Positions 39,823 through 49,032 of a stretch of DNA of 49,032 nt are shown here, piece by piece. Source of the DNA: Candidatus Desantisbacteria bacterium CG1_02_49_89 (GTDB taxonomy: Bacteria; Desantisbacteria; UBA1551); contig MNUP01000047.1 of assembly GCA_001871075.1 (NCBI GenBank), positions 1 to 49,032 on the forward strand. The letters are read 5' to 3'. A program made the translations under genes and the position numbers. A model generated the notes under the pieces. It saw only the letters and a list, made by a program, of their open reading frames with translations, ran no database searches and was not told where the DNA came from. Each line of letters starts with the position of its first letter. Position 1 is the first letter of the stretch.

Positions 39823-39924
39823 AGAAGCCCGATTACAGTGATTTTCAAAAAATGATTACACCGATTTCAACTGATGATTGCACCGATTATATGAAGCAGA
39901 TTACGCGGATTGAAGGAGATATGC

Positions 39925-41076
39925 ATGAAAACAGCAATTATAAATGGCAGAATTATTACTCCGCTCGAAGAAATAGAAAGCGGAACTGTGCTGATAGACA
40001 ACGGGAAAATAACCGCGGTTGTCAGGGGAAGGCCCAGGACCGGCAGGGATTTCAAGGTAATAGACGCGGGCGGAAAAATAGCGTGCCCGGGATTTATCGA
40101 CCTTCACCTGCAGGGCGGGGGCGGTTCTGATGTTATAGAGGGAACCCCGGAAGCTATATGCAGGGTTGCCCGCACGCACGCCAGATACGGCACCACTTTG
40201 TTCCTGGCAACCACGATAGCCAGGCTGAAAGGAGGCAGGGCCTGCCACCTTAAGGCTATAGCAGAAATGACAGGAAAAGAGACCGGCGGAGCGCGGATAG
40301 CCGGCATTCACCTTGAAGGACCGTTTATCAGCCCGGTAAAAAAAGGTATGATACGCGGGGATTACATAGCGAAGCCTGACATCACCGAGTTGGGGAAGAT
40401 CATAAAGCTGTGCAACGGAACGCTGAAAATGATGACTGTAGCGCCCGAGCTTAAAGGCAGCCTGCCCTTGATAAAAAGGCTTCGCGCAGAGGGCATCATC
40501 CCGTCGCTGGGCCATACTGATACATCTTACGAGGAAGCCATTGCGGGGATAAAAGCTGGCATCAGCCACGCAACGCATTTCTGCAACGCGATGACAGGCC
40601 TGCATCACAGGCTCCCCGGAGCAGTCGGCGCGTGTTTTGATACGGACGTGAGCGTCCAGCTTATCGCTGATATGGTGCATGTCCACCCGGCTGTGGTAAG
40701 GCTGATACTGAAAGTGAAAGGCCTTGACAGGGTCGCGCTGATCACCGATGCGGTGTTGCCTTTGGATATGCCGGACGGTGTTTACGACGGGTACAGGCAG
40801 AAAATAACCGTGAAAAACGGGGTTGTAAGGGGCGTTGGGGGCGTGCTGGCAGGTTCGACCCTGACGCTGGACAGGGCTGTCCGGAATATAAATGCCCTGG
40901 GTGTACCTCTCGCGGATGCGATAAAAATGGCAACGTTTATCCCCGCAAGGATACTGGGCATCGGGAACAGAAAAGGGATATTGAAAAAAGGCGCCGACGC
41001 GGACATCCTTATCATTGACAGGAAGGTGAGCGTGAGCATGGTGATGGTGGGGGGAAAGATAGCGTGGAAAACCTGA
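39925..41076 (+). CDS. nagA: N-acetylglucosamine-6-phosphate deacetylase
   Basis: PGFIDLH, GIHLEGPF, TVAPE, LGHT, THFCNAM, LITDA, LAGS. Confidence 0.92.
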   Translation: MKTAIINGRIITPLEEIESGTVLIDNGKITAVVRGRPRTGRDFKVIDAGGKIACPGFIDLHLQGGGGSDVIEGTPEAICRVARTHARYGTTLFLATTIARLKGGRACHLKAIAEMTGKETGGARIAGIHLEGPFISPVKKGMIRGDYIAKPDITELGKIIKLCNGTLKMMTVAPELKGSLPLIKRLRAEGIIPSLGHTDTSYEEAIAGIKAGISHATHFCNAMTGLHHRLPGAVGACFDTDVSVQLIADMVHVHPAVVRLILKVKGLDRVALITDAVLPLDMPDGVYDGYRQKITVKNGVVRGVGGVLAGSTLTLDRAVRNINALGVPLADAIKMATFIPARILGIGNRKGILKKGADADILIIDRKVSVSMVMVGGKIAWKT

Positions 41077-43583
41077 AGTCAAATTTCAAATTGCAAAATG
41101 TAAATTGCAAATTGCAGGATCCAGAGACTGAAACTGCAAAGCTGCGGGAAATAATACAGAAGATAAAGAAGCCTTTCGGGCTGGAGGAGAAGAATGGCTG
41201 CACGAACTTCTCCGTCATTGGAGGCTTCAGCAGTTACGTGATGAACTGGGCGCAGAAAGCATTAGATGCAGTATCAGGTATCAAGTATCAAGTGTCAAGT
41301 AAAGGATATATAATAAGCAACCTTAATGAGTTGAAAAAGATATTTGAAGGATATATTTCGGCGAAAATAAATTACAGGGTTGTTCTTTTGAAACAGGGCC
41401 TGCAGGCCATCGGAAAGATCGAAAAGTTCCTTGAAGATCCCGGGGCGTTCAGGGAGGAAATTGCAGGAAAGAAAGCGCGTACCGCACAGGACCTAAGCTC
41501 GCCGGCGCAGTACCTGAAAGGGGTAGGCCCGAAGCGGGCAAGGATACTGGGTAAAGTGGGCGTTGGCACGATCCGCGACCTGCTGATGTATTTTCCGTTC
41601 AGGTACGAGGACCGCAGCCGCCTGACCCTGATCGCGCAGCTGCAGGACGGCGACGAGAAGACGATACAGGCGATCGTAAAAAATCAGAAGCTCATAAGGA
41701 CAAGAAGGGGCATGCTTTTAAAAGTGATCTTGACGGACGGCACCGGAGAGGTCGGCATGGCCTGCTTCAACCAGTATTACCTTAAGGACATACTGATCCC
41801 CGGGACCTCACTTGTCCTGACAGGGAAATTCAGCCGCAGGGAGGCTTCAAGGTCCAGAAGGCTGGAAGTGTCAAGTTTTACCTATGAAGTCCTGCGAAGC
41901 GCGCAGGAAGGTGAGACGCCTGAAGACGAGATGATACACACAAACCGCATCGTCCCCATATACCCCGTCACGGAAAGGCTGAACATGAGGTTTCTGCGCG
42001 CGCTCATAAAACACACGCTTGACGAATATCTTCCCGCCCTTTCAGACAGCATCCCGGCCGGCATAAGGGAAAGGCAGGGGCTTGCGGATTACAGGACAGC
42101 CGTTGAGAACATACATTTCCCGAAGGATCTTGCGATATGCGAGGAAGCGAGGAGGCGGCTGGTCTTTGACGAGTTCTTCTACCTGCAGGCAGCGCTTGCG
42201 GTCGAGAAAAATAAGGTCAAGGCAGCGCCGGGCATAACATTTTCAATACCGCAGGATTTCCTGCCCGGTTTTGAAAAATTGCTTCCGTTCAAACTGACAG
42301 GATCGCAGAGGAAGGTCATAGGGGAAATTTTTGCCGACATGTCCAGCCCCAGGCCTATGAACAGGCTGCTCCAGGGAGACGTAGGTTCCGGAAAAACCGT
42401 AGTCGCGGTCTGCGCCGCATACGCGGCAATGAAGAACGGATTCCAGGTTGTTTTTATGGCCCCGACAGAAATACTTGCTGAACAGCATTTTCTGAACCTG
42501 CGGGAGTTTCTGTCGGGGCTGGGAATAAAGAGCGTGCTCCTCGTGAGCGGTATCAGCAGGAAGGAAAGAGAATCGGTGCTTGAAGATATTGCCGGCGGTG
42601 AGGCGGATATAGCCATAGGAACCCACGCCCTCCTGGAACAGGACGTGCGGTTCGCGAAACTCGGCCTGGCGATAATAGACGAGCAGCACAGGTTCGGGGT
42701 CCTGCAAAGGGCGGGCCTGAGGCAGAAAGGCGCAAATCCGGATGTGCTTGTGATGACCGCAACGCCCATACCCCGCACTCTCGCCCTCACGCTTTACGGC
42801 GACCTTGATGTTTCCGTTATCAGGGAAATGCCCCCCGGCAGGAAAGAGATCAAGACCAGGCTGTTTTCCGGCAACGCTGACAGGGAATCGGTGCAGGAAA
42901 TTGTGAGGGGCGAGATCAGGTCAGGCAGGCAGGTGTATATCGTTTATCCGCTCATCGAGGAATCAGAAAAGATCGACCTGAAAGCCGCCGTAAAGGAGTT
43001 TGAACGCCTTAAAAAAGTATATCCCGAGTTCAGGCTGGGCCTGATGCACGGAAGGCTTCCGCCGGATGAAAAAGATGACATAATGAAAAATTTTAAGAAC
43101 GGGTCGATAAAAATACTGGTGTCAACAACCGTAATAGAGGTCGGCATAGACGTGGCGAACGCTTCCGTGATGCTGATCGAGCACCCGGAGCGGTTCGGGC
43201 TCGCGCAGCTGCACCAGCTCAGGGGAAGGATAGGGCGCGGGGGGTACGAATCCACCTGCATACTGCTCGCAAGCGCAAGGCTCACAGAGGAAGCAAGGGC
43301 GAGGATAAACGCGCTTGTGAGGACAACCGACGGGTTTGAGATAGCGGAGGCGGACCTGGGCATAAGAGGGCCGGGGGAATTCACCGGCACAAGGCAGAGC
43401 GGGATGCTGGATTTCAGGTTGGCTGACCTGGTGAAAGATTTCCGGCTCCTTGAAACAGCGCGCGAGGAGGCTTTCGCTCTTGCAGGCGCGGACCCCGATC
43501 TCAGTTCGGAAGGCAACCGCCCGCTCAAAGAGATGATAAGGACTATTTACAAGGGCAGGGAGAAGCTCCTTAAAGTAGCATAG
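41064..43583 (+). CDS. recG: ATP-dependent DNA helicase RecG
   Basis: RLLQGDVGSGKT, IIDEQHRFG, MTATPIPRT, QLRGRIGRG, RGPGE. Confidence 0.96.
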   Translation: MENLKSNFKLQNVNCKLQDPETETAKLREIIQKIKKPFGLEEKNGCTNFSVIGGFSSYVMNWAQKALDAVSGIKYQVSSKGYIISNLNELKKIFEGYISAKINYRVVLLKQGLQAIGKIEKFLEDPGAFREEIAGKKARTAQDLSSPAQYLKGVGPKRARILGKVGVGTIRDLLMYFPFRYEDRSRLTLIAQLQDGDEKTIQAIVKNQKLIRTRRGMLLKVILTDGTGEVGMACFNQYYLKDILIPGTSLVLTGKFSRREASRSRRLEVSSFTYEVLRSAQEGETPEDEMIHTNRIVPIYPVTERLNMRFLRALIKHTLDEYLPALSDSIPAGIRERQGLADYRTAVENIHFPKDLAICEEARRRLVFDEFFYLQAALAVEKNKVKAAPGITFSIPQDFLPGFEKLLPFKLTGSQRKVIGEIFADMSSPRPMNRLLQGDVGSGKTVVAVCAAYAAMKNGFQVVFMAPTEILAEQHFLNLREFLSGLGIKSVLLVSGISRKERESVLEDIAGGEADIAIGTHALLEQDVRFAKLGLAIIDEQHRFGVLQRAGLRQKGANPDVLVMTATPIPRTLALTLYGDLDVSVIREMPPGRKEIKTRLFSGNADRESVQEIVRGEIRSGRQVYIVYPLIEESEKIDLKAAVKEFERLKKVYPEFRLGLMHGRLPPDEKDDIMKNFKNGSIKILVSTTVIEVGIDVANASVMLIEHPERFGLAQLHQLRGRIGRGGYESTCILLASARLTEEARARINALVRTTDGFEIAEADLGIRGPGEFTGTRQSGMLDFRLADLVKDFRLLETAREEAFALAGADPDLSSEGNRPLKEMIRTIYKGREKLLKVA

Positions 43584-43840
43584 GACCTTAATCAAAAAGC
43601 GTGTCAACGTATCAGCGTGTCAACGTGTCAAAGTAAAAACAAGGATTTTGAAATTGTCCCAAAGGGACTCCGTATCCCCGACGGTATGTCGGGGCATCGG
43701 AGTAACTTAGGGCTTCAGCCTTGATTTTAGAACCGGTATTCGTCGTTTGCTGACGCGATTTTTTCATAATCGGTGTAATAATTTTTAATCACCGTAATCA
43801 TTATTTAATAATCACTGTAATCAATTTTCCGAAGGAAGAA

Positions 43841-45943
43841 ATGAAGATAGCGGAAGTGGTCCTGCCCATACCTGTTGACAAATCTTTTTCCTACTCAGTC
43901 CCGGAAGCTTTTGCCGCGCAGTTACGTGCGGGAATGAGGGTGAAGGTACCGTTCGGCAACAGGAAACTGACCGGGTTTGTCATTAAAACGTCCGACGTCC
44001 GACGTCCGACGTCCGACGGGAAAATATTAAAAGATATTATAAATACGGTAGACGAAGAACCCGTGATAAACGCGGAAATAATGAAGCTGTGCGAGTGGAT
44101 CTCCTCCTATTATTTCTGCCCGCTGGGCAAGGTCCTGCATGCGGCAGTACCGGTCAGAGACAGTCGTGCGTCGCCCTTGCGGGTCGTGCGTCGTGCGCAG
44201 GAAACTTCCGAAAACAGTGGCCTGTGGCCAGTGGCCAGTTGCCAGCAAGATGATCAAAACTTAATTTCCGGCAGTCAACTCACCACTGACCACTCACCAC
44301 TCACCACTAATTTACCGGTGCTGACAGGAGAGCAGGAAAGCGCGGTCGGGCAGGTAAAGGCCTGCATCGAAAGCGGGAAGCACGGGGTTTTCCTGTTCGA
44401 AGGCCCGCCGCGTTCAGGCAAGACAGAATCATGCATGCGCGCGATAGCGCTTGCAAGGAAAAAAAATCGAAGAGTACTTGTGCTTGTTCCCGAGATCTCC
44501 GCCCTGGCCGCGCTTGCCGGCAGGTTAAAAACAAGGTTTGCGGGAGAAAGGATCGCGGTCCTGCACAGCGACCTCAAGCAGAAAGACTATGATTCTGTGT
44601 GGTGCGGCATAAAGAGGGGAGAAGCGGATATCGTGGCAGGGACCCGTTCCGCGGTTTTCTGCCCGGTTGAAAACATCGGCCTTATAGTGGTTGAAAGTGA
44701 GGAAGACGGAAGTTTTAAGGAACAGATGGAGCCAAGGTACCATGCCAGGGACGCTGCGGTGGAAAGAGGGAGGATCTGCGGCGCGGCCGTGATACTTAAG
44801 TCCGGCTCTCCATCGATGGAATCGCATTATTCCGCGGTAAAAGGAAGGTATATTCTGTGCGGTTTTTCCGTTCCGCAGGGCGGCGGCGAAGTGCCTGAGG
44901 TTGAAATAATCGACAAGAATCAAGCCCGGCAGGTCAGGCAGAAAAGCTGGATCTTTTCCTCCAGGCTCATAGAAGCAATAAGGTTAAAGCTTGAAACAGG
45001 CGAAAAAATATTTCTTTTCCTGAACAGGCGCGGGTTTGCCTCGCTGCTTTTGTGCGATGAATGCGGGAAGGGAATGCACTGCCCCGGGTGCGGGGTGCCC
45101 CTGACTTTCCACAAGCCGGACCTGCTTCTCTGCCACCGCTGCAACTACAGCGTAAAGGCGCCGGATACCTGCCCGGACTGCGGGAAAAAGAGCATGCGGC
45201 GTTTCGGCATGGGCACTCAGCAGGCTTTCGACGAGCTAAAAAGGCTTTTTCCGCAAACCCCTTCCGGCAGGCTTGATGCGGATGCGGCAAAGGACGTGCT
45301 GTCAGCCGGGCAGATACTGGCGGATTTCAGGGCCGGAAAAACCAGGATCCTTGTTGGAACACAGATGGCCGCCGGGGAAGAGCTTGGCGGGTTCGGGCTG
45401 CTGGGCGTGGTGCTTGCGGATTTTTCAATGAATATTCCCGACTTCAGGAGCCCGGAGCGCACATACCAGATCATATCAAGGCTGATGGGCGGCCTGGCCG
45501 CAAAGGAAGGCGGAAGCAGGCCTTTGGTAATAATCCAGACATACAATCCAAATCACTACGTTTTCAGCGCGCTGAAAGAGGGATATGATTCCTTCTTCAG
45601 GGATGAATCGAGGATAAGGCGCCGCCTGAGATATCCTCCTTTTTCAAGCCTTATCAACTTAATAATATCCGCAGGTACCGAGCAGAAGAGCGCGCAGGCA
45701 GCGGAAAAGATCAGGGAGGCGCTTGCGGCAAGAAAGGGCGCCGCAGGGCGTTCGGGCAGGTTTGACATGCTTGGGCCCGCGCCGGCGCCGGTCCCGGTGA
45801 TTAGGGGAAAATACAGGTACGAGATAATGCTCAAGGGTAAAAAAACCGCTCTGGATAAACTGGTTGACACCGTGGCGGAACAGCGGTTCGGGTCAAAAAC
45901 AGAAAAGGTTGCAGTGGACGTGGACCCGATAAGGATGCTCTAA
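43841..45943 (+). CDS. priA: Primosomal protein N' (PriA), helicase motifs degenerate
   Basis: G.RVKVPFG N-terminal domain, PRYHARD, LNRRGF, four CxxC pairs, IQTYNP, YPPF, LGPAPAP, VDVDP. Confidence 0.9.
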   Translation: MKIAEVVLPIPVDKSFSYSVPEAFAAQLRAGMRVKVPFGNRKLTGFVIKTSDVRRPTSDGKILKDIINTVDEEPVINAEIMKLCEWISSYYFCPLGKVLHAAVPVRDSRASPLRVVRRAQETSENSGLWPVASCQQDDQNLISGSQLTTDHSPLTTNLPVLTGEQESAVGQVKACIESGKHGVFLFEGPPRSGKTESCMRAIALARKKNRRVLVLVPEISALAALAGRLKTRFAGERIAVLHSDLKQKDYDSVWCGIKRGEADIVAGTRSAVFCPVENIGLIVVESEEDGSFKEQMEPRYHARDAAVERGRICGAAVILKSGSPSMESHYSAVKGRYILCGFSVPQGGGEVPEVEIIDKNQARQVRQKSWIFSSRLIEAIRLKLETGEKIFLFLNRRGFASLLLCDECGKGMHCPGCGVPLTFHKPDLLLCHRCNYSVKAPDTCPDCGKKSMRRFGMGTQQAFDELKRLFPQTPSGRLDADAAKDVLSAGQILADFRAGKTRILVGTQMAAGEELGGFGLLGVVLADFSMNIPDFRSPERTYQIISRLMGGLAAKEGGSRPLVIIQTYNPNHYVFSALKEGYDSFFRDESRIRRRLRYPPFSSLINLIISAGTEQKSAQAAEKIREALAARKGAAGRSGRFDMLGPAPAPVPVIRGKYRYEIMLKGKKTALDKLVDTVAEQRFGSKTEKVAVDVDPIRML

Positions 45944-45967
45944 AAACGATAAAAACATTGATTTTTC

Positions 45968-45995
45968 TTGAAATTGCCGAAAAATATGATATAAT
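45968..45995 (+). promoter_or_regulatory. Sigma70 promoter for rpe (near-leaderless)
   Basis: TTGAAA-16 nt-TATAAT with extended TG, 10 nt before ATG 46006; no SD sequence. Confidence 0.6.
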
Positions 45996-46005
45996 AATAC
46001 TCCTA

Positions 46006-46668
46006 ATGAATAGAAGAAATATAAAGATCGCGCCGTCAATCCTGTCAGCGGATTTCGCGAATCTTGAGAAAGAAATAAAAAGGGTCGAAAATGCCGGGGC
46101 GGACCTGCTGCACGTTGACGTTATGGACGGGCATTTCGTGCCCAATATCACCATAGGGCCGCCGGTTATCAGCGCGATAAGCGGAAAAACAAAACTTCCG
46201 CTTGACGTCCACCTGATGATCGAAGACCCGGATCCCTGCATAGACAGTTACATAGACGCGGGCGCGTCGTTCCTGAGCGTCCACGCGGAAGCGTGCAGGC
46301 ATTTGCAACGCACTCTTTCAAGCATCGCGGCCAGGAAAGTAAAACCCGGAGTGGCGCTTAACCCGGCAACACCCCTCGACGCGATAAAATACGTGCTTAA
46401 GGACGTTTCGTTCGTCCTTCTGATGACAGTGAACCCGGGATTCGGCGGGCAGAAGTTCATTCCGGCGGTCCTTGAAAAGATCAGGGAGCTGAGCAGTAAA
46501 ATAGCCGCGGAAGGCCTTGATATCGACATCGAGGTTGACGGGGGAATAAACGAAGAGACCGCTCAAAAAGTGATAGACGCGGGAGCCAATATCCTGGTAG
46601 CCGGTTACGCGATCTACAGGGGCGATTCACGTAAAGTCATCAGGGCGCTTAGGAACGCAGGAGATTAA
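46006..46668 (+). CDS. rpe: Ribulose-phosphate 3-epimerase
   Basis: IAPSILSADF, HVDVMDGHFVPN, MTVNPGFGGQ, VDGG. Confidence 0.97.
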   Translation: MNRRNIKIAPSILSADFANLEKEIKRVENAGADLLHVDVMDGHFVPNITIGPPVISAISGKTKLPLDVHLMIEDPDPCIDSYIDAGASFLSVHAEACRHLQRTLSSIAARKVKPGVALNPATPLDAIKYVLKDVSFVLLMTVNPGFGGQKFIPAVLEKIRELSSKIAAEGLDIDIEVDGGINEETAQKVIDAGANILVAGYAIYRGDSRKVIRALRNAGD

Positions 46669-46827
46669 AATAAGTCTATAAGTTTACAGAGTTTACAAAG
46701 TTTACAGAGTTTATCCCGAAGAGATCCCTTTGGGACAAGCAAATTCTTATCGCTGCAATCGTTTTAATCTGTGTAATCATTTTTAAATAATCGGCGTAAT
46801 CAATCTTTTGGCGAAAAGGAGGCAATA

Positions 46828-47118
46828 TTGCTTAAAATCAGGCTTCGCAGGATGGGTAAAATCAACAGACCCTATTACAAAATAGTAGTTTGCAATTCCA
46901 GTGTTGCATCGAAAACCGGAAAGTACATAGATACTGTCGGACAGTATATTCCCAAACGCAAACCCCCGGTCATCGAGATAAACAGGGAAAAGTTAGATTC
47001 CTGGGTTAAAAAGGGAGCCGCGGTTTCGGATACCGTGGGATTCCTTCTGAAATCAGGCAGATCAGTTGAAGAGGAAAAACCTGCAGTTGTGACAGAAGCT
47101 GCGGGAACCAGTGGATAG
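46828..47118 (+). CDS. rpsP: 30S ribosomal protein S16
   Basis: LKIRLRRMG...PYYKIVV...W..KGA..SDTV; TTG start after AGGAGG. Confidence 0.93.
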   Translation: MLKIRLRRMGKINRPYYKIVVCNSSVASKTGKYIDTVGQYIPKRKPPVIEINREKLDSWVKKGAAVSDTVGFLLKSGRSVEEEKPAVVTEAAGTSG

Positions 47119-47187
47119 TGGCCAACAATTCCCACACCACCACTTTTTACTAAAAAACACTTATTCTTTTTCCGGGAGGAGGACTGA

Positions 47188-47418
47188 ATGAAGACGCTGG
47201 TTGAGTATATCGTAAAATGCATTGTGGACAAGAAGGATGAGGTTGAAGTAAAATCCGTGGAGGGCGACAAATCGATTGTTTTGGAAATCAAGGTAGCACA
47301 GGAAGATATGGGAAAAGTCATAGGCAAGGAGGGCAGGACTATAAAAGCAATACGCACCCTGCTTGGAGCAGCCGCGACGAAGATCGGCAAGAAAGTAATG
47401 GTTGAGCTCCTGCAATAA
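47188..47418 (+). CDS. khpA: KH-domain RNA-binding protein KhpA
   Basis: DMGKVIGKEGRTIKAIRTLL; position after rpsP. Confidence 0.92.
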   Translation: MKTLVEYIVKCIVDKKDEVEVKSVEGDKSIVLEIKVAQEDMGKVIGKEGRTIKAIRTLLGAAATKIGKKVMVELLQ

Positions 47419-47438
47419 GAAAAGGTTCCCGGGTTACT

Positions 47439-48167
47439 ATGTTAAAAATTGATGTTCTGACGCTCTTTCCGAAAATGTTCGAAGGTCCCCTTACTGAAAG
47501 CATGCTCAGAAGAGCCCGGGAGAAGAAGCTTTTAGGGATAAAGATAATTGACATCAGGAACTTCACTTCCGACAAGCACAGGACCGCGGACGACTCTGCC
47601 TATGGCGGCGGCGGGATGGTATTAAAACCGGAGCCGATCTTTAAGGCGGTCGAGTTCCTTAAAAAGCAGTCGTGCGTCATACGTCGTAAGTCGTACGTTA
47701 AAGAAAAAAAACGCTCGACGCTCGACGCTCGACGTCCGACGGTTGTGCTGATGGCTCCCGACGGGAAGACGTTCGACCAGCAGGCCGCAAAAAGGCTCGC
47801 AAAAAAGAAACACCTGATTTTCATATGCGGGCATTACGAGGGGGTGGACGAAAGGATAAGGAAGATCGCCGACGAGGAAATTTCGATAGGCGATTACGTC
47901 CTTACGGGCGGCGAGATCCCCGCGATGGCCGTTATAGATGCGGTGGCAAGAATGGTGGAAGGCGTGGTGGGGAATAAAGAGGCAGCGGTCAGGGATTCAT
48001 TTTACAGCGGCATCCTGGATTGGCCCCATTACACCCGTCCCGGTAAATTCAGGAATATGAAGGTTCCGGATGTTCTTCTTTCCGGTAACCACAGGAAGAT
48101 AGAGGAGTGGCGCGAAAAAAAAGCGTTTGAACGCACGAAGAAACGACGCCCCGACCTCCTTAAATAA
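47439..48167 (+). CDS. trmD: tRNA (guanine37-N1)-methyltransferase
   Basis: LTLFP.MF, ICGHYEGVDER, SIGDYVLTGGE, YTRP, LLSGNH. Confidence 0.96.
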   Translation: MLKIDVLTLFPKMFEGPLTESMLRRAREKKLLGIKIIDIRNFTSDKHRTADDSAYGGGGMVLKPEPIFKAVEFLKKQSCVIRRKSYVKEKKRSTLDARRPTVVLMAPDGKTFDQQAAKRLAKKKHLIFICGHYEGVDERIRKIADEEISIGDYVLTGGEIPAMAVIDAVARMVEGVVGNKEAAVRDSFYSGILDWPHYTRPGKFRNMKVPDVLLSGNHRKIEEWREKKAFERTKKRRPDLLK

Positions 48168-48316
48168 AGCGTATCAACGTGTCAAAGTTTAGTTCGTGCA
48201 TCGTTCTTCGTGCATCGTGCATCGCAAACAAACCACTGTGTCTCAATGCCTCCGTGGTTATTCTTGACACCGTAATCGTCAGTAAAAAATCACCGTAATC
48301 ATAAAAGGAGCAAATC

Positions 48317-48634
48317 ATGCTGCAAATAGTAAGGGATTTTGAAAAAGAAAGAATGAAAAAGGATGTACCTGCATTCAAGCCAGGAGATGAGGTCAGGGTG
48401 CACGTCCTGGTTCCGGGCATTGAAGAGGAGAGAACGCAGATTTTTGAAGGCACGGTGATCGCAATGAAGAACGGCGGCCTAAGAGAGACGTTTGTTGTCA
48501 GGAAGCTTTCGTACGGGACCGGGATAGAGAGGACATTCCCCTTGCACTCGCCCATAGTAAAAAAGATCGAAATAATAAAAGAGGGCCATGCCAGGCGGGC
48601 AAAACTTTACTACCTGCGCCGGCTGAAGAAATAA
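48317..48634 (+). CDS. rplS: 50S ribosomal protein L19
   Basis: [39 protein letters not shown]. Confidence 0.96.
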   Translation: MLQIVRDFEKERMKKDVPAFKPGDEVRVHVLVPGIEEERTQIFEGTVIAMKNGGLRETFVVRKLSYGTGIERTFPLHSPIVKKIEIIKEGHARRAKLYYLRRLKK

Positions 48635-48645
48635 AAACAAACACA

Positions 48646-48692
48646 GGGACTGTCCCCTTTACGGACCGCAGGTCGTAGAAGGGGACTGTCCC
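48646..48692. repeat. GGGACTGTCCC-bounded composite element (inverted relative to the asd copies)
   Basis: gggactgtcccctttacggaccgcaggtcgtagaaggggactgtccc. Confidence 0.8.
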
Positions 48693-48725
48693 TTTTTATG
48701 GAGACGGAGGGGGATTAACGAGGAC

Positions 48726-49032
48726 TTGGATTTTATTACTGAACAGAAGTTGTGGGTTGAAGGCTACAAACTTATCGCGGGTGTTGACGAGGCGGGTCGC
48801 GGGCCCCTTGCCGGCCCCGTAGTGGCGGCGGCGGTGATACTGCAGTGGACAGTGGACAGTGTTCCCACTGCTTTTTCAGGAAAGCAAAAAGTGGGACTCG
48901 CTTTATGCGGCCAGTGGCCAGTAAAAGACATAAATGATTCAAAGAAATTAACGGCAAAGAAAAGAGAAAGGCTTTTTGAAGAGATTAATAAAAATGCTTA
49001 TTCGGTTGGAGTGGGGATAGTTGATAATGAAA
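48726..49032 (+). CDS. rnhB: Ribonuclease HII, 3' truncated by window (absent from the ORF track; start approximate)
   Basis: Manual translation gives [23 protein letters not shown]...[16 protein letters not shown]; follows rplS. Confidence 0.92.
   Translation, partial: MDFITEQKLWVEGYKLIAGVDEAGRGPLAGPVVAAAVILQWTVDSVPTAFSGKQKVGLALCGQWPVKDINDSKKLTAKKRERLFEEINKNAYSVGVGIVDNE

Overview
A mostly housekeeping and metabolic region of a bacterium, probably an uncultured diderm (taxonomy not assignable from sequence alone). Gene order: sugar-utilisation block (epimerase, URO-D-like, sulfatase-like, frameshifted GH2, PHP hydrolase), ribD-pheA-hisC-cysE-surE-pcm, GH4, apt, dnaX, eno, a minus-strand ndk-PEPCK-thiC-pilin-leuB-asd block, ion transporters, nagA, recG, priA, rpe, and rpsP-khpA-trmD-rplS-rnhB. 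The most unusual signal is non-coding. The two tRNA genes, Pro-CGG and Ser-GGA, share one architecture: (a) a partial upstream tRNA duplicate interrupted right after the D-loop GG by a homologous ~75-nt element with a covarying 11-bp hairpin, (b) a small GIY-YIG nuclease gene abutting a duplicated tRNA end, and (c) a homologous ~105-nt structured trailer. No integrase is present. The window is also saturated with 7-8-nt tandem repeats and small variable-loop palindromes. They fill most intergenic gaps in a strand-polarised order, nest inside each other, and sit in frame inside at least nine proteins. Other oddities: a 10-bp duplication frameshift in the GH2 gene, an in-frame TGA in an ArsB/NhaD permease, a PriA with degenerate helicase motifs, a CysE with an N-terminal hydrophobic helix, and no rimM in the trmD operon.
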